This document shows, piece by piece, positions 20,066 to 30,057 of a stretch of 64,000 bases of DNA. The DNA is from Phycisphaerales bacterium (GTDB taxonomy: Bacteria > Planctomycetota > Phycisphaerae > WQYP01): NCBI GenBank assembly GCA_027451365.1, contig DAIDJN010000011.1, forward strand, positions 10,048-74,047, in the 5' to 3' direction. Each line of letters opens with the position of its first letter. The first letter of the stretch is position 1. The notes beneath the pieces are model-generated. The model saw nothing but the letters and a program-made list of their open reading frames with translations. It did not search any database and was not told the DNA's origin. Made by a program: the position numbers and the translations under genes.

Positions 20066-20338
20066 ATGACACCTACGGAAGCGAAGTTGATCGACATTCT
20101 TACACAAGGCTTGAAATTGCGGCTGGACCCGGCGATTCCGGTCACTCCTAAAACCGCTATTTTCGGCAAGGTCGACGGATTAGGACTTGATTCAGTGGAT
20201 GTGCTGGAAGTGGCCGTCCTGATTGACAAACATTTTGGCGTGGTTCTTGAAGACAACAATGACGATGTGCGCGCCGCGATGACCACAATCGGTTCGCTCG
20301 CCGGATATATCGATTCACATTCCGCCGCCCGCGGCTGA
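20066..20338 (+). CDS. Acyl carrier protein
   Basis: GLGLDSVDVLEVAVLIDKHFGV phosphopantetheine site; GGAG RBS. Confidence 0.9.
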   Translation: MTPTEAKLIDILTQGLKLRLDPAIPVTPKTAIFGKVDGLGLDSVDVLEVAVLIDKHFGVVLEDNNDDVRAAMTTIGSLAGYIDSHSAARG

Positions 20339-20351
20339 GGGTGCCTGCACG

Positions 20352-20795
20352 ATGCCTGCCAGTTCAATGGTTCCTGCTTTCCCGATGCTTTTGCGGCCAT
20401 CCGGCGCAATTCTTTATCGGCTGCGGATGAAATCCGATACGGAATGGCAAACGGACGGCCGCATTTCCGCCGTGGCCGTTTTCGCCGCCAGTCACGCCGG
20501 CTTTCAGGGCCATTTTCCCGGCCGGCCTATTTTGCCGGGCTTTCTCCACATTCAACTTGCGCTTGATATATTACGTATTTTCGAACCCCAGGCGGAATTG
20601 ACCGCCATTCTTTCCGCTAAATTTCATTATCCGATTTTGCCCGGGGCGGAAATTCAGATCGACAATTGCCGCCAATTGTACAATCAGGCCATCGCCAAAC
20701 TGCAAATCGGCGAGGAATTGGCTTCCAGCGTGGAATTTCAGTTTTACACGGGGTCTGCGCCTGTGCCCGCGGCCGTGGTCCTCCAGACATCATAA
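20352..20795 (+). CDS. FabA/FabZ-like hot-dog 3-hydroxyacyl-ACP dehydratase (ApeI-like)
   Basis: FQGHFPGRPILPG and AKFHYPILPG motifs; start uncertain. Confidence 0.75.
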   Translation: MPASSMVPAFPMLLRPSGAILYRLRMKSDTEWQTDGRISAVAVFAASHAGFQGHFPGRPILPGFLHIQLALDILRIFEPQAELTAILSAKFHYPILPGAEIQIDNCRQLYNQAIAKLQIGEELASSVEFQFYTGSAPVPAAVVLQTS

Positions 20796-21709
20796 AAATT
20801 TCCCCACTGATACGGATATAGTCGGACGATTCGCTCCAGATCCGCGACATAGTCTTTCACTGCCTGTTTTAGCAGTTGGTCACGTCCGGGGCCGGAGGCC
20901 AGGTCATATTTTCGCGGCATGGAAGCGTGCATCTGATATGCGCGATAACCCGTGCGAACGGTAAAAGCGGTAATCACGCTGGCACCGGACAATAGGGCCG
21001 CCATAAAAGGGCCGGCCGGCAGTTGCATGGGCCTGCCGAAAAAATCCGCGACAATGGCCCGGCCCTGCATGGGCCGGTCGGCGCGAATGGCGACCAGATC
21101 GGCATTTTTCAATGCCTTCATTACCCGAATTCCGGCCGAAATCGGATCTGTCGAATTGATCCAGTCAATATCCGCCAACGATTTCCATTGGTCGCGATGA
21201 AAATGCTCTGTGGTATCGCGCATGTCCCGATACACCACAAAATGCGCCTTTCTGCCCTGCCCGATGTGTTTAAGCATCGGGGCCGACATTTCCGCCGCGC
21301 CAAAATGCGCAGTCAGCAGCAAGATGCCCTTTTCCCGCGGCAAGTCGCGCCGCCAGGCGTCGCCGGTGGCCGATGAAACCTTGAACCTGCCGCGGGAATC
21401 GGCCAGGGACACGCTCCTGTCCAAAAGCATTTTGCCATATAGATTCATATGATATAACGTATCGCGCCAGGATACGGGTCGCGGGCGATCCCGCAATACG
21501 CAGGACAGAAATCCACGACTTGCCCGCCGCGCCCGCCGGTCGGTCAGCCAGAACCAGATGACCGCGGCCGCTACAGCCCCGTAGCCCAGCGGCAAAAATA
21601 TACCGCCCAGGCGCAGCATGAAGAAATTCGCCTTGTATCCGCAATGATGCCGCAGGCGAATTCGCCGCATGGCAGGCACTGTCTTGGACGGTTCTATAGG
21701 CAAAAGCAT
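20744..21709 (-). CDS. LpxL-family (lipid A/lysophospholipid) acyltransferase
   Basis: GILLLTAHFGAAE (H-x4-E), DR...FFGRP..LP.GP, YPYQWGNFYDVW. Confidence 0.85.
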   Translation of the reverse strand: MLLPIEPSKTVPAMRRIRLRHHCGYKANFFMLRLGGIFLPLGYGAVAAAVIWFWLTDRRARRASRGFLSCVLRDRPRPVSWRDTLYHMNLYGKMLLDRSVSLADSRGRFKVSSATGDAWRRDLPREKGILLLTAHFGAAEMSAPMLKHIGQGRKAHFVVYRDMRDTTEHFHRDQWKSLADIDWINSTDPISAGIRVMKALKNADLVAIRADRPMQGRAIVADFFGRPMQLPAGPFMAALLSGASVITAFTVRTGYRAYQMHASMPRKYDLASGPGRDQLLKQAVKDYVADLERIVRLYPYQWGNFYDVWRTTAAGTGADPV

Positions 21710-21810
21710 TGCTCCGCTGTGATTGGTGCCGTGGACAAACTCGCCAAAAGCCGGTGGCCGGCACCTCCACCCGCCTGGCGAACAATCCGCGTGCCGCCGC
21801 TGGCCCGGCG

Positions 21811-23712
21811 TTACCCGGCGTCACCGGGCGGCAAATCGGGTGATTCCGCCCCGGCCTCCGAAGCCGTGGAGTCGCGCCCGTCCGCAGTGGGCGGTGCATC
21901 TCCTAGGTCCGTTCCAACTCTCGTGGTGCCGCCCACAGGAATAATCAGACTGAAACTCGCTCCCTTGCCTGGCGAACTGACCAGTTCAATCTGACTGTTG
22001 AGCATTCCGGCAAGTTCGCGGCTTATTGCCAGTCCCAAGCCGGTGCCGCTGTATTCGCGCGTCACCGAAGCGTCCAGTTGACGGAATTTCTCGAAAATCT
22101 CCTCCTGGTGGTCTGGACTGATCCCCGGCCCCGTATCGATTACGCTTAATTTTACTCGGTCGGCCGCGGCCATGGACACTTCGAGACGAACCTGTCCGTC
22201 GGCCGGAGTAAACTTGATGGCGTTGGACAGAAAATTGTAAAGAATCTGCTGAAGTCGTCCGGGATCGGTTGTAATTAGAGGAATCGGTCCATTGACATTC
22301 AATGATAATTCAATTCCCTTTTTATGCGCCAACGGCCGCATAAAATTCATAAGCGATTCGCACACATCCGGCGGATTGACGCGTTCCATACGCAAGACCA
22401 GCTTGCCGGCCTCAATTCTGGCCAAGTCCAGCAAGTCATTAATGAGTTCAAGAAGTTGCCGGGCACTGGTTTGAATATTTTCCACATACCGCACCATGCG
22501 CGGTTCCCCGGCTACTTGCGGATTACCGGAAAGCAGCTCCGCAAATCCGATAATGGCATTCAGCGGAGTCCGCAATTCGTGGCTGACATTCGTGAGAAAT
22601 TCACTCTTCACACGGTTCGCCTGAAACAGATCCACATTTGACTGCGCCAATTCGCCCACGCGGGTATCCAAGGATCGATTGGTCGCCTCTAATTGATCCT
22701 GCGACGCCTTCAAAGTCGCCAGCATAGTGTTAAATGTTTCTGACAACTGCTGAAATTCGTCCCCCGTTGAAATGGCGGACCGAATGTGCAAATCTCCCTG
22801 TGCCACTTTTTCCGCAGTATTTTTCAGTACCCGCACCGGCTGAAGAATAAGTCGCGTGGTAATCAGATAAAATACAATAATCGCAAGAAAACCACCTATG
22901 ATGCCCGATATCACGATGACCACATGGTTCAGCAGAAGTTGATCTTCATCAATGTGAACCGGCATATCCACACGCACCACCCCCACCAAAGGGTGAATAT
23001 CGGAACGTTGAACCACTCCGGAGGCCGTTGCCGGCTCGGAACGCGAAGGGTTTGCGTGAAACCAGCTTTCCCATTGCGCATGGCAGCGCACACACGATTG
23101 CGTGGCACGCACCGCCGCAGCATATTGATAGACCGGCCGTTTTTTAAAAAGATTCTTCAACTGACCATATTGCCGCCGCCGGGGGTGCCTTAGAAATTCC
23201 CCAATCGCCACGCGGGTAACCAATCCTGCCCCATGCGGTGCCGAACCGGGGCGGCTCATGACCACGATTCGCGGTTGCGGATAGTTTAAACCCGCAAGGT
23301 GAACACTCGCCCAGCGCTGTGCAGGAGTTTGAACTGGCGACACAACCGTCTTTCCAGGCGCACTCCCACCAGGTCCCGCCGACTGTAGAATCCCGCCGGT
23401 CCGTGTACCCGTTACTTTTTCCGTCGCCGCTGCGGCCGTTGGCGCATTGGCAACCGGGCTGGTAGCGATTTTTGTTGCAGACTGCGCTGGCGCTTTGCCC
23501 GGCGCGGTCGATACCGGCCGTGCCTGATGAATTTGCCGCAGGGCCATATCGGCGGCTACGCGCGCTTCATAAAACGGTTCACGATTCGCCAACTGTTCCA
23601 TTCGCTGCCAGGGGAACATCAGAGCGCCGGCGATAATCACCAGCACAGCGAACCCGAACAGGAGCTGGCATTTGGCTGCCAGTGAAATTGTAACTTCACG
23701 TTTCTTGGCCAT
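21811..23712 (-). CDS. Sensor histidine kinase with periplasmic CxxCH (DUF3365-like) domain and HAMP
   Basis: Two TMs, SCVRCH, HAMP (DEFQQLSETFNTM), H-box NVSHELRTPLN, N-box NAIKFT, G1/G2 boxes. Confidence 0.92.
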   Translation of the reverse strand: MAKKREVTISLAAKCQLLFGFAVLVIIAGALMFPWQRMEQLANREPFYEARVAADMALRQIHQARPVSTAPGKAPAQSATKIATSPVANAPTAAAATEKVTGTRTGGILQSAGPGGSAPGKTVVSPVQTPAQRWASVHLAGLNYPQPRIVVMSRPGSAPHGAGLVTRVAIGEFLRHPRRRQYGQLKNLFKKRPVYQYAAAVRATQSCVRCHAQWESWFHANPSRSEPATASGVVQRSDIHPLVGVVRVDMPVHIDEDQLLLNHVVIVISGIIGGFLAIIVFYLITTRLILQPVRVLKNTAEKVAQGDLHIRSAISTGDEFQQLSETFNTMLATLKASQDQLEATNRSLDTRVGELAQSNVDLFQANRVKSEFLTNVSHELRTPLNAIIGFAELLSGNPQVAGEPRMVRYVENIQTSARQLLELINDLLDLARIEAGKLVLRMERVNPPDVCESLMNFMRPLAHKKGIELSLNVNGPIPLITTDPGRLQQILYNFLSNAIKFTPADGQVRLEVSMAAADRVKLSVIDTGPGISPDHQEEIFEKFRQLDASVTREYSGTGLGLAISRELAGMLNSQIELVSSPGKGASFSLIIPVGGTTRVGTDLGDAPPTADGRDSTASEAGAESPDLPPGDAG

Positions 23713-23846
23713 GCCCTATCAGTTTAAGCGGTCGGCCCGTAAGCCGCACGCGCTCCGATATTTTCGCATCTTTTTCGGCCATGCCTTTATACACATCACC
23801 GCTTGCCGCATTGTGATGACCGCCCTAATCCCAAAAGCTTGAGCCC

Positions 23847-24728
23847 CTATCGACCGCCATATTTTGCGCGGACAAAACGAGCCAGAGCGGTTTGCCAGTC
23901 ACCCATGCGGTCCAGACCGAGCGTGCGCAGTCGCGCGTTATCCAGCACGCTGTAATTCGGCCGAATGGCTGGCGCGGCGAACGCACCACTCGAAACCGCC
24001 TGAACGGGTACTTGAAACCCCGCAAGTTTTAAGGCCAATGCGGCAAATTCATGCCACGAACAGGCCCCATGCGACACCGCATGATACAATCCCGGTCCTG
24101 GTTGAACCCGCACAATTTCCAGCAGTTGAGCCGCCAATTCCTCGGTTGCCGTCGGTGCCACCATCTGGTCGCTTACCACTCGCAGCGGCTTGCCCGCCCG
24201 AGCCGCCGCGATCATCGTGTCCACAAAATTCAGCCCCCCCTTGAGCTTGCATCCCGCCATTCCGAACAGACCACAGGTGCGCACCACATAGCCGAACCGG
24301 GGCGCATGGGCCAAGGTCATCATATCCCCGCCGTAACGAGTCACCGCGTAGATGCTTTTAGGTTGGGGCCGCGCTGTTTCCGGCAGCGGTTTATTGTCCG
24401 GAGCACCTTCCATCACATAATCCGTCCCCACCTGAATCAGCACGATTTTGGCCGACTCGCACGCCCGCGCCAGCCCGGCCACCGCAAGCGTATTCACTCG
24501 ATAGGCTTCTTCCGGTTCCTTTTCACATAAATCAACGTTATGAAACGCGGCGGTGTTGATCAGCACAGCCGGACGCACATTACTTAAAAACTCCGCTACC
24601 GCGCCGTGATCCGCTATGTTCAGTTGACTGCGACCCGTAACGGCCGCAACCTCAAACGTGGCCTTTTCCGCCGCCTTTACCAGGTCCACGCCCAGTTGTC
24701 CTGTAGAACCAATAATTGCAAGTTTCAT
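23847..24728 (-). CDS. rfbD: dTDP-4-dehydrorhamnose reductase
   Basis: GSTGQLG, TDYV, Y...R (YxxxK variant), VVSDQ..PT, A.RP.YSVLD. Confidence 0.88.
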   Translation of the reverse strand: MKLAIIGSTGQLGVDLVKAAEKATFEVAAVTGRSQLNIADHGAVAEFLSNVRPAVLINTAAFHNVDLCEKEPEEAYRVNTLAVAGLARACESAKIVLIQVGTDYVMEGAPDNKPLPETARPQPKSIYAVTRYGGDMMTLAHAPRFGYVVRTCGLFGMAGCKLKGGLNFVDTMIAAARAGKPLRVVSDQMVAPTATEELAAQLLEIVRVQPGPGLYHAVSHGACSWHEFAALALKLAGFQVPVQAVSSGAFAAPAIRPNYSVLDNARLRTLGLDRMGDWQTALARFVRAKYGGR

Positions 24729-24848
24729 TCATCACTCCTTGAATGGGGAAATTCCCGCTGGCTAATGCGCCCACCAGCCATTGTTTCGCCGCTATTCAGA
24801 ACGGACAATATAACCAATAGCCAAATATTTGCCGCATCGATTGCGACT

Positions 24849-24883
24849 AAAAAAACGGGCGGCTGAATATAATCAGCCGCCCG
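24849..24883 (-). terminator. Rho-independent terminator of the arabinofuranosidase gene
   Basis: CGGGCGGCTGA/TCAGCCGCCCG 11-bp stem followed by T7 on the minus strand. Confidence 0.8.
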
Positions 24884-24917
24884 CGAACGAAACGCTTCAC
24901 ACTTCAACCCTGTCGGG

Positions 24918-27461
24918 CTACCGAGTCTTCAATCGCAGAATGGTGAAGGAACGGGCCGGGAAAGTAAACTTAAACTGCGGGCCGGCCACCGCAAATTTAC
25001 CAATCTTCGGGCTGACATGCCGCGGATCAGCTAGACTGTTTCTAGCGGCGAAGTGGTCCGCTGTCAGAATTTCCGCTTGGCCGGTGCCCGCCAGGGCCGC
25101 AATACCCGTGAGATTCAATTCCGCCGCGACCGGTGCGATGGTGCCATTCACCACTTTGATAATGACAGTTTTGTGGCTCGCGGACAGTCCGGCAATTGCC
25201 GTGAATCGCGCGGACGCGGGCGATTTATCCTGAACTTTTTCGATCAATTTGCCGTCCAGATAGCATTTGATGTCATAGCCATGCAGCACAATTTTGATCG
25301 TATACCATTGATTTTTATGCACATGGGCCGGTAAGGATGGCCCCAGAATCTGCTGCTGTTTCTGAACCGCGGTCCTTGTGTTGCCCCATCCGCCGATATT
25401 CCACCAGATATTTCGATGGAAGATAATCAGGAAGCCTTCGTTGCCACTTAGTTTTTTCGCCTTCAGCGTCAGGGTGTAATTGCCCAGATGCTGAAGTGCG
25501 GCAAGGTTCAATATCGACGTGCAATTGGTTTTAATGCTGCTCTGCCGATATGCTTTCCCCGCTACCGACCAGTTCCCGCGGGCCCTTTTCCAATGCCTGG
25601 AGCCGTTGGCAAAATCGGACGAATAAATCGTTTTGCCGCCCGCTTTAACCACAATATCCTTATATTCCGACACTGTCGCCCACGTGCCCACGCCAATGGT
25701 TCCATGGCTCGGCGGAGGCTGAACCACCGCCATGGGATGGGATAGCGTCAGCGGCAGCATGACCGCCGGACGGTTATCGGAATACATCTGCTGGACGTAA
25801 TACGACGGCGTTCCGCAAACACGCGAAGAATCAAATTCAATTAAGTCCGGGTTCCAGCCCCGGTAGTGTACGTTCACAAACAGCGGTGCATAAGAGGCCA
25901 TTTTAACAAGGTCAGAATTTCTCTCCAGGCCCGCCATGAATGCGGCTTCGCCCAGTGCCGCGCGAAGTTCATAGCCCGCACCGCCGGTCACGGCATATTC
26001 ACCCACAAACACTTTCGGGCCGCTGCGGGAACGCTGGTCGTACATATGGCGATGAGCCCAGAACCATGCGGGCGAATTATAAAAATGTTCATCCACCATT
26101 TGAATATGGGCATGACTTAACTTTGGATATCCGGTGTAAATTGTGTGCAGGTCCGGATAGGCCCTGTGAAGGGCGCTGTAAAAGAGTTTATATCGCTTCG
26201 GATAGCGGTTGCTAAGTTGCCACCAGTCTTCATTGCCAATTTCCACGTACTTCAGACCAAATGGCTTAGGGTAGCCATCCTTGGCGCGCACCGCGCCCCA
26301 TTTGCTGCTGACCGGGCCATTGGCATATTCCACGGCGTCCATGGCGTTCTGAACCCAGCGGCCCATATCCTTCATGGGAACCACATCATTGGCACCCAGT
26401 GAAAGCCCGCAATTCACATCGAACAGCGGGGCGGCCTTGAGTTTGTCGCACAAATTCAGGAACTCGGCAAACCCCAACTCATCCGTTGACCAATAACCCC
26501 ACGAGTCATCCAAATGACCTGGACGCATCGAATTCGGTCCGATGGTCCGTTTCCACCGGAATCCGTTGGCCAGCACATTTCCTTCAATGTAATTGCCACC
26601 CGGAAACCGCATGAATGATGGATGCAAGGCCTTCAACATTTTCACCAGCGCCGGGCGGAAGCCGCCATCGGCCAGCGCCTTGGCGGAAAACAGATTCGCC
26701 TGTGTGATGTAAAGGCTGCCGCTGCCCATGGAAATAAACGCCAGTTGCCCGCTTGGATCATTTTTGGACGGCGTCAAGGAAACTGTAAATTTTTTCCATG
26801 TACGGGAAATGCCGGAAACGGTCTTCTCCGCCAATATCATTCCATCCGTTCCCAGAAGTGCAACTTTCATAGTCGGACTCATTCCCGGGCTCCGACGGCT
26901 GTAGACGGTCAAACGATATGCCACGCCCTTATGAAAGTTCATCCCCCAATATCCGCTGTTAATCAGTTCGGCATTGGCGGGAACTTTGTCATTGGTCAAG
27001 CAATCCAGCCGAATCGCTACCGGGTTTTCCATATTCAACGGATGGCTTAGATCCAGGAGCAGTTGGATATTACCCGGAGTACCGTTAGCAAGTGACCAAC
27101 TGACCGGTTGCCCATTGGCACCAAGGGCCTTTAACGTTGGGTTATTGACCAATTGTCCCCACAGGCCGCCCTCACCGGCATAATTAATTTCCTCAAAAAA
27201 GATGCCCCATAGCGTGGGGCTTACTTGAATGCCAGGCTTATTGACTGCGATGTTCATTGTGACGGCGGCGGCGGCCTGCGCCCGCGCGTCAACCGCATTC
27301 CAGCCCATCCCAGACACCAGCGCCGCCAGCGGCAGCACCGCGGCCAACGGGCGAAGCAGAAAACGGCATAACCGGCTTTCAAAAAGGACCGCGAAAAGGG
27401 AAAACACCATCGCTAAAACTCCGCCAAAAATAAATTTTCCGATTTTAGAGACTCTGGACAT
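24918..27461 (-). CDS. Secreted GH51 alpha-L-arabinofuranosidase
   Basis: GIFFEEIN.AGEGGL, RFPGGN, YVEIGNE, DEHFY, VFVGEYA, ERNSDLVKMASYAPLF; start uncertain. Confidence 0.92.
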   Translation of the reverse strand: MSRVSKIGKFIFGGVLAMVFSLFAVLFESRLCRFLLRPLAAVLPLAALVSGMGWNAVDARAQAAAAVTMNIAVNKPGIQVSPTLWGIFFEEINYAGEGGLWGQLVNNPTLKALGANGQPVSWSLANGTPGNIQLLLDLSHPLNMENPVAIRLDCLTNDKVPANAELINSGYWGMNFHKGVAYRLTVYSRRSPGMSPTMKVALLGTDGMILAEKTVSGISRTWKKFTVSLTPSKNDPSGQLAFISMGSGSLYITQANLFSAKALADGGFRPALVKMLKALHPSFMRFPGGNYIEGNVLANGFRWKRTIGPNSMRPGHLDDSWGYWSTDELGFAEFLNLCDKLKAAPLFDVNCGLSLGANDVVPMKDMGRWVQNAMDAVEYANGPVSSKWGAVRAKDGYPKPFGLKYVEIGNEDWWQLSNRYPKRYKLFYSALHRAYPDLHTIYTGYPKLSHAHIQMVDEHFYNSPAWFWAHRHMYDQRSRSGPKVFVGEYAVTGGAGYELRAALGEAAFMAGLERNSDLVKMASYAPLFVNVHYRGWNPDLIEFDSSRVCGTPSYYVQQMYSDNRPAVMLPLTLSHPMAVVQPPPSHGTIGVGTWATVSEYKDIVVKAGGKTIYSSDFANGSRHWKRARGNWSVAGKAYRQSSIKTNCTSILNLAALQHLGNYTLTLKAKKLSGNEGFLIIFHRNIWWNIGGWGNTRTAVQKQQQILGPSLPAHVHKNQWYTIKIVLHGYDIKCYLDGKLIEKVQDKSPASARFTAIAGLSASHKTVIIKVVNGTIAPVAAELNLTGIAALAGTGQAEILTADHFAARNSLADPRHVSPKIGKFAVAGPQFKFTFPARSFTILRLKTR

Positions 27462-27857
27462 GTGCCGGCATGAAATCGTCTCTTCCTTGGCGATAATATG
27501 GCGGTATACGAAAAGCAGCAAGTAAATTGGCGAAATTTTATCCGGTGGAAGAATCCGACCGCCGCTATCTTAACATCAGAAATCGACGCGCGGTGGGTTG
27601 CGGCGAGGTGCCGCAGGAGTGAACGAGGGCGGTATATAGACATACCGGTGCACGCTATCGAAAAAGAAGCAAATGCCCGGAAAATGGGATTATTTTGGCC
27701 AATTTCCATAAAAATCGGTCAAAATCCCAACTCACAGCCATTTACGGTTTACTTTTTCACCGCATATTTCGTATAATAGTCTGTAGCGGATGGATGATTG
27801 CCAGTTCCTTTAGCGTTTATGATATGGCCTCCACAGCCGCTTCAAGAGGTAACGATC

Positions 27858-28157
27858 ATGATTCATATTGTCGCGCAGATTCCAGTTATCCCGTCAGCCT
27901 CGTTTTTGAATATGTTTGAAGGGGCGGATTGGATTATCGTTCTGGTTATTGCCCTGTTGATTTTCGGCAAACGGTTACCAGAGGCAGCGCGTGGCATCGG
28001 AAGATCCATATCGGAATTCAAAAAAGGCTTAAGCGCCACCAAAGATGACATCAACACCGCGGTCAACGAAGAACCCGCTCCACCTCGGACCACCATGGCC
28101 GCTCCGCAAAACCCCAGACAAATCAAGCAAGTTACCAGCACCACAGAGGAGCCATAA
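27858..28157 (+). CDS. tatA: Twin-arginine translocase subunit TatA/E
   Basis: WIIVLVIALLIFGKRLPEAARGIGRSISEFKKGL; AGAGG RBS; TTTACT-18-TATAAT promoter at 27748..27777. Confidence 0.93.
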   Translation: MIHIVAQIPVIPSASFLNMFEGADWIIVLVIALLIFGKRLPEAARGIGRSISEFKKGLSATKDDINTAVNEEPAPPRTTMAAPQNPRQIKQVTSTTEEP

Positions 28158-28473
28158 AATTGCAGGACGGTGTACCCCCCTACAACGATTTAAGCATTTC
28201 AACACACTCCCATTTCCAAGCCTAAACGCGCGCCGCCGTTATTAGCCGGTCCGCTGTATTGCTTCAATCGAAAATGGAGAAATGAGCCACCGGGGGAAAA
28301 GAGAATATGATGGATGCGTGTGATGGAGCATTCGCTTCGCCAGATTGCCGCCACAATTTACCCCCAGCACTTTTAAGGCCGCCCGCAATCGCATATACTC
28401 CGTCGCGTTGGCGGCTTATGCGGGGCCGGCGTAACGGCCCCTCGGATGCCCAACGTAATTTGGAGCATTAAAC

Positions 28474-29706
28474 GTGTCAGTTAAAGGCAATGCAGTGATC
28501 GGCCAGTCAGGCGGTCCAACCGCGGTTATTAATCAGTCGCTCGTCGGCGTCATTGAAGAGATGGCACATCATAGCCAGATCGGAAAAATATTAGGAGCTC
28601 GCCACGGTGTGCGAGGAATTTTGAATGGAGACTTTGTCAGTCTGAATAATCTCTCCACGGACCTCCTGGAACAGGTGGCACAAACACCCTCCAGCGCATT
28701 GGGGTCCACACGGGACAAGCCCGACCACGATTACTGCGTAAAACTTCTGGAAGCTTTCAAAAAGCACGACGTTCAGTATTTCTTTTACATCGGTGGAAAC
28801 GACTCCGCCGATACTGCCCGCATTGTTGCGGAAATGGCCGCGCAGGCGAACCATCAACTTAGCGTTTACCACGTTCCGAAAACCATTGACAACGACCTTC
28901 GCACCACCGACCACTGCCCGGGTTATGGATCCGCAGCGCGTTTTGTCGCGCTGGCCGTCATGGGAGATGATCTGGACAACCGGTCGCTTAAGGGTGTCAA
29001 AATTGATGTCATCATGGGTCGCGATGCCGGCTGGCTGACGGCCGCGTCAGCGTTGGCCAGACACGACGAAATGGACGGTCCGCATCTTATTTATGTTCCC
29101 GAAGTGGACTTCAGCGAAGATAAATTTTTGTCCGATGTGGACCGCGTGTACACCAAACTCGGCCGCTGTGTGGTTGCCGCCAGCGAAGGCATTCGCTTCA
29201 AAGCCGGTGATAAAAATTCACTGGTAACGGAAAAAGCCGTTCAAGGCGGCGAAGTGGACGCACATGGCAACAAGCAGCTTTCGGGTACCGGCGCGCTGGG
29301 CGATTACCTTTCCGATCTGGTCAAAAACAAATTAGGCGCCCAACTGCAGAAAACTGTTGGCGCAAAAATGCGGGTCCGCGCCGACACCTTCGGCTATTTG
29401 CAGCGCAGCTTCCCCACCATCGTCAGTCCATCAGATGCGTCAGAGGCTCGCCTTTGCGGTCGCATGGCCGTTCGCTATGCGATTGCCGCGCCCGATGGAC
29501 TTACCAGCGGATCGGTGGCGATGCGAAGAGTCAGCGAACAGCCGTATAAAATTGAAACCTTTCCCACCCAGTTGACCAACGTAGCCCGTCAGACCAAACC
29601 GCTGGAGACACAGTGGGTGGTCAACGGCTGCGATCTGGCTCCGGCCTTTGTTAAATATGCCCGGCCGCTGGTTGGCCCGCTGCCGATTCCGGGCCGTCTT
29701 ATTTGA
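28474..29706 (+). CDS. pfp: Pyrophosphate-dependent 6-phosphofructokinase
   Basis: GQSGGPTAVIN, YIGGNDS (Asp at the PPi-specificity position), PKTIDND, MGRDAGWL, GYLQRS. Confidence 0.88.
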   Translation: MSVKGNAVIGQSGGPTAVINQSLVGVIEEMAHHSQIGKILGARHGVRGILNGDFVSLNNLSTDLLEQVAQTPSSALGSTRDKPDHDYCVKLLEAFKKHDVQYFFYIGGNDSADTARIVAEMAAQANHQLSVYHVPKTIDNDLRTTDHCPGYGSAARFVALAVMGDDLDNRSLKGVKIDVIMGRDAGWLTAASALARHDEMDGPHLIYVPEVDFSEDKFLSDVDRVYTKLGRCVVAASEGIRFKAGDKNSLVTEKAVQGGEVDAHGNKQLSGTGALGDYLSDLVKNKLGAQLQKTVGAKMRVRADTFGYLQRSFPTIVSPSDASEARLCGRMAVRYAIAAPDGLTSGSVAMRRVSEQPYKIETFPTQLTNVARQTKPLETQWVVNGCDLAPAFVKYARPLVGPLPIPGRLI

Positions 29707-30057
29707 TTTCACGGGAACAGGACTATCCGCCACGCACCGGAATTCGGATTGTCAAATTCGCCCCGGGCGCGATAAATTGCGCCTGTCGCGTATTGGGTGT
29801 GCCCAAAGAAGCCAACCCCCGCTTTTTGCTGGGCAAAATAGATGACCGCAATCTGTCAGACTGGCCCGAAAACGCCGTTTTCGGCGGGAATAAAAGTACT
29901 GTTAATAATTCAGCTTGGCAAACAGGTCGGCAGCGCGGATGATACTTGGGCCGGGCGCAACTGGCCCGAACTGTCTGCCGGAAGCCAAAGGAATGGTTCG
30001 GTCCAAACGCGGGCAGGCCATTGCCATGGCATAGTTCAGATTCGGAGCAATTCACCT

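Noticed and set aside
29842..30057. N-terminal extension of ppk1
   Set aside because: Conserved PPK1 sequence starts just after ATG 30058; the upstream frame looks non-coding
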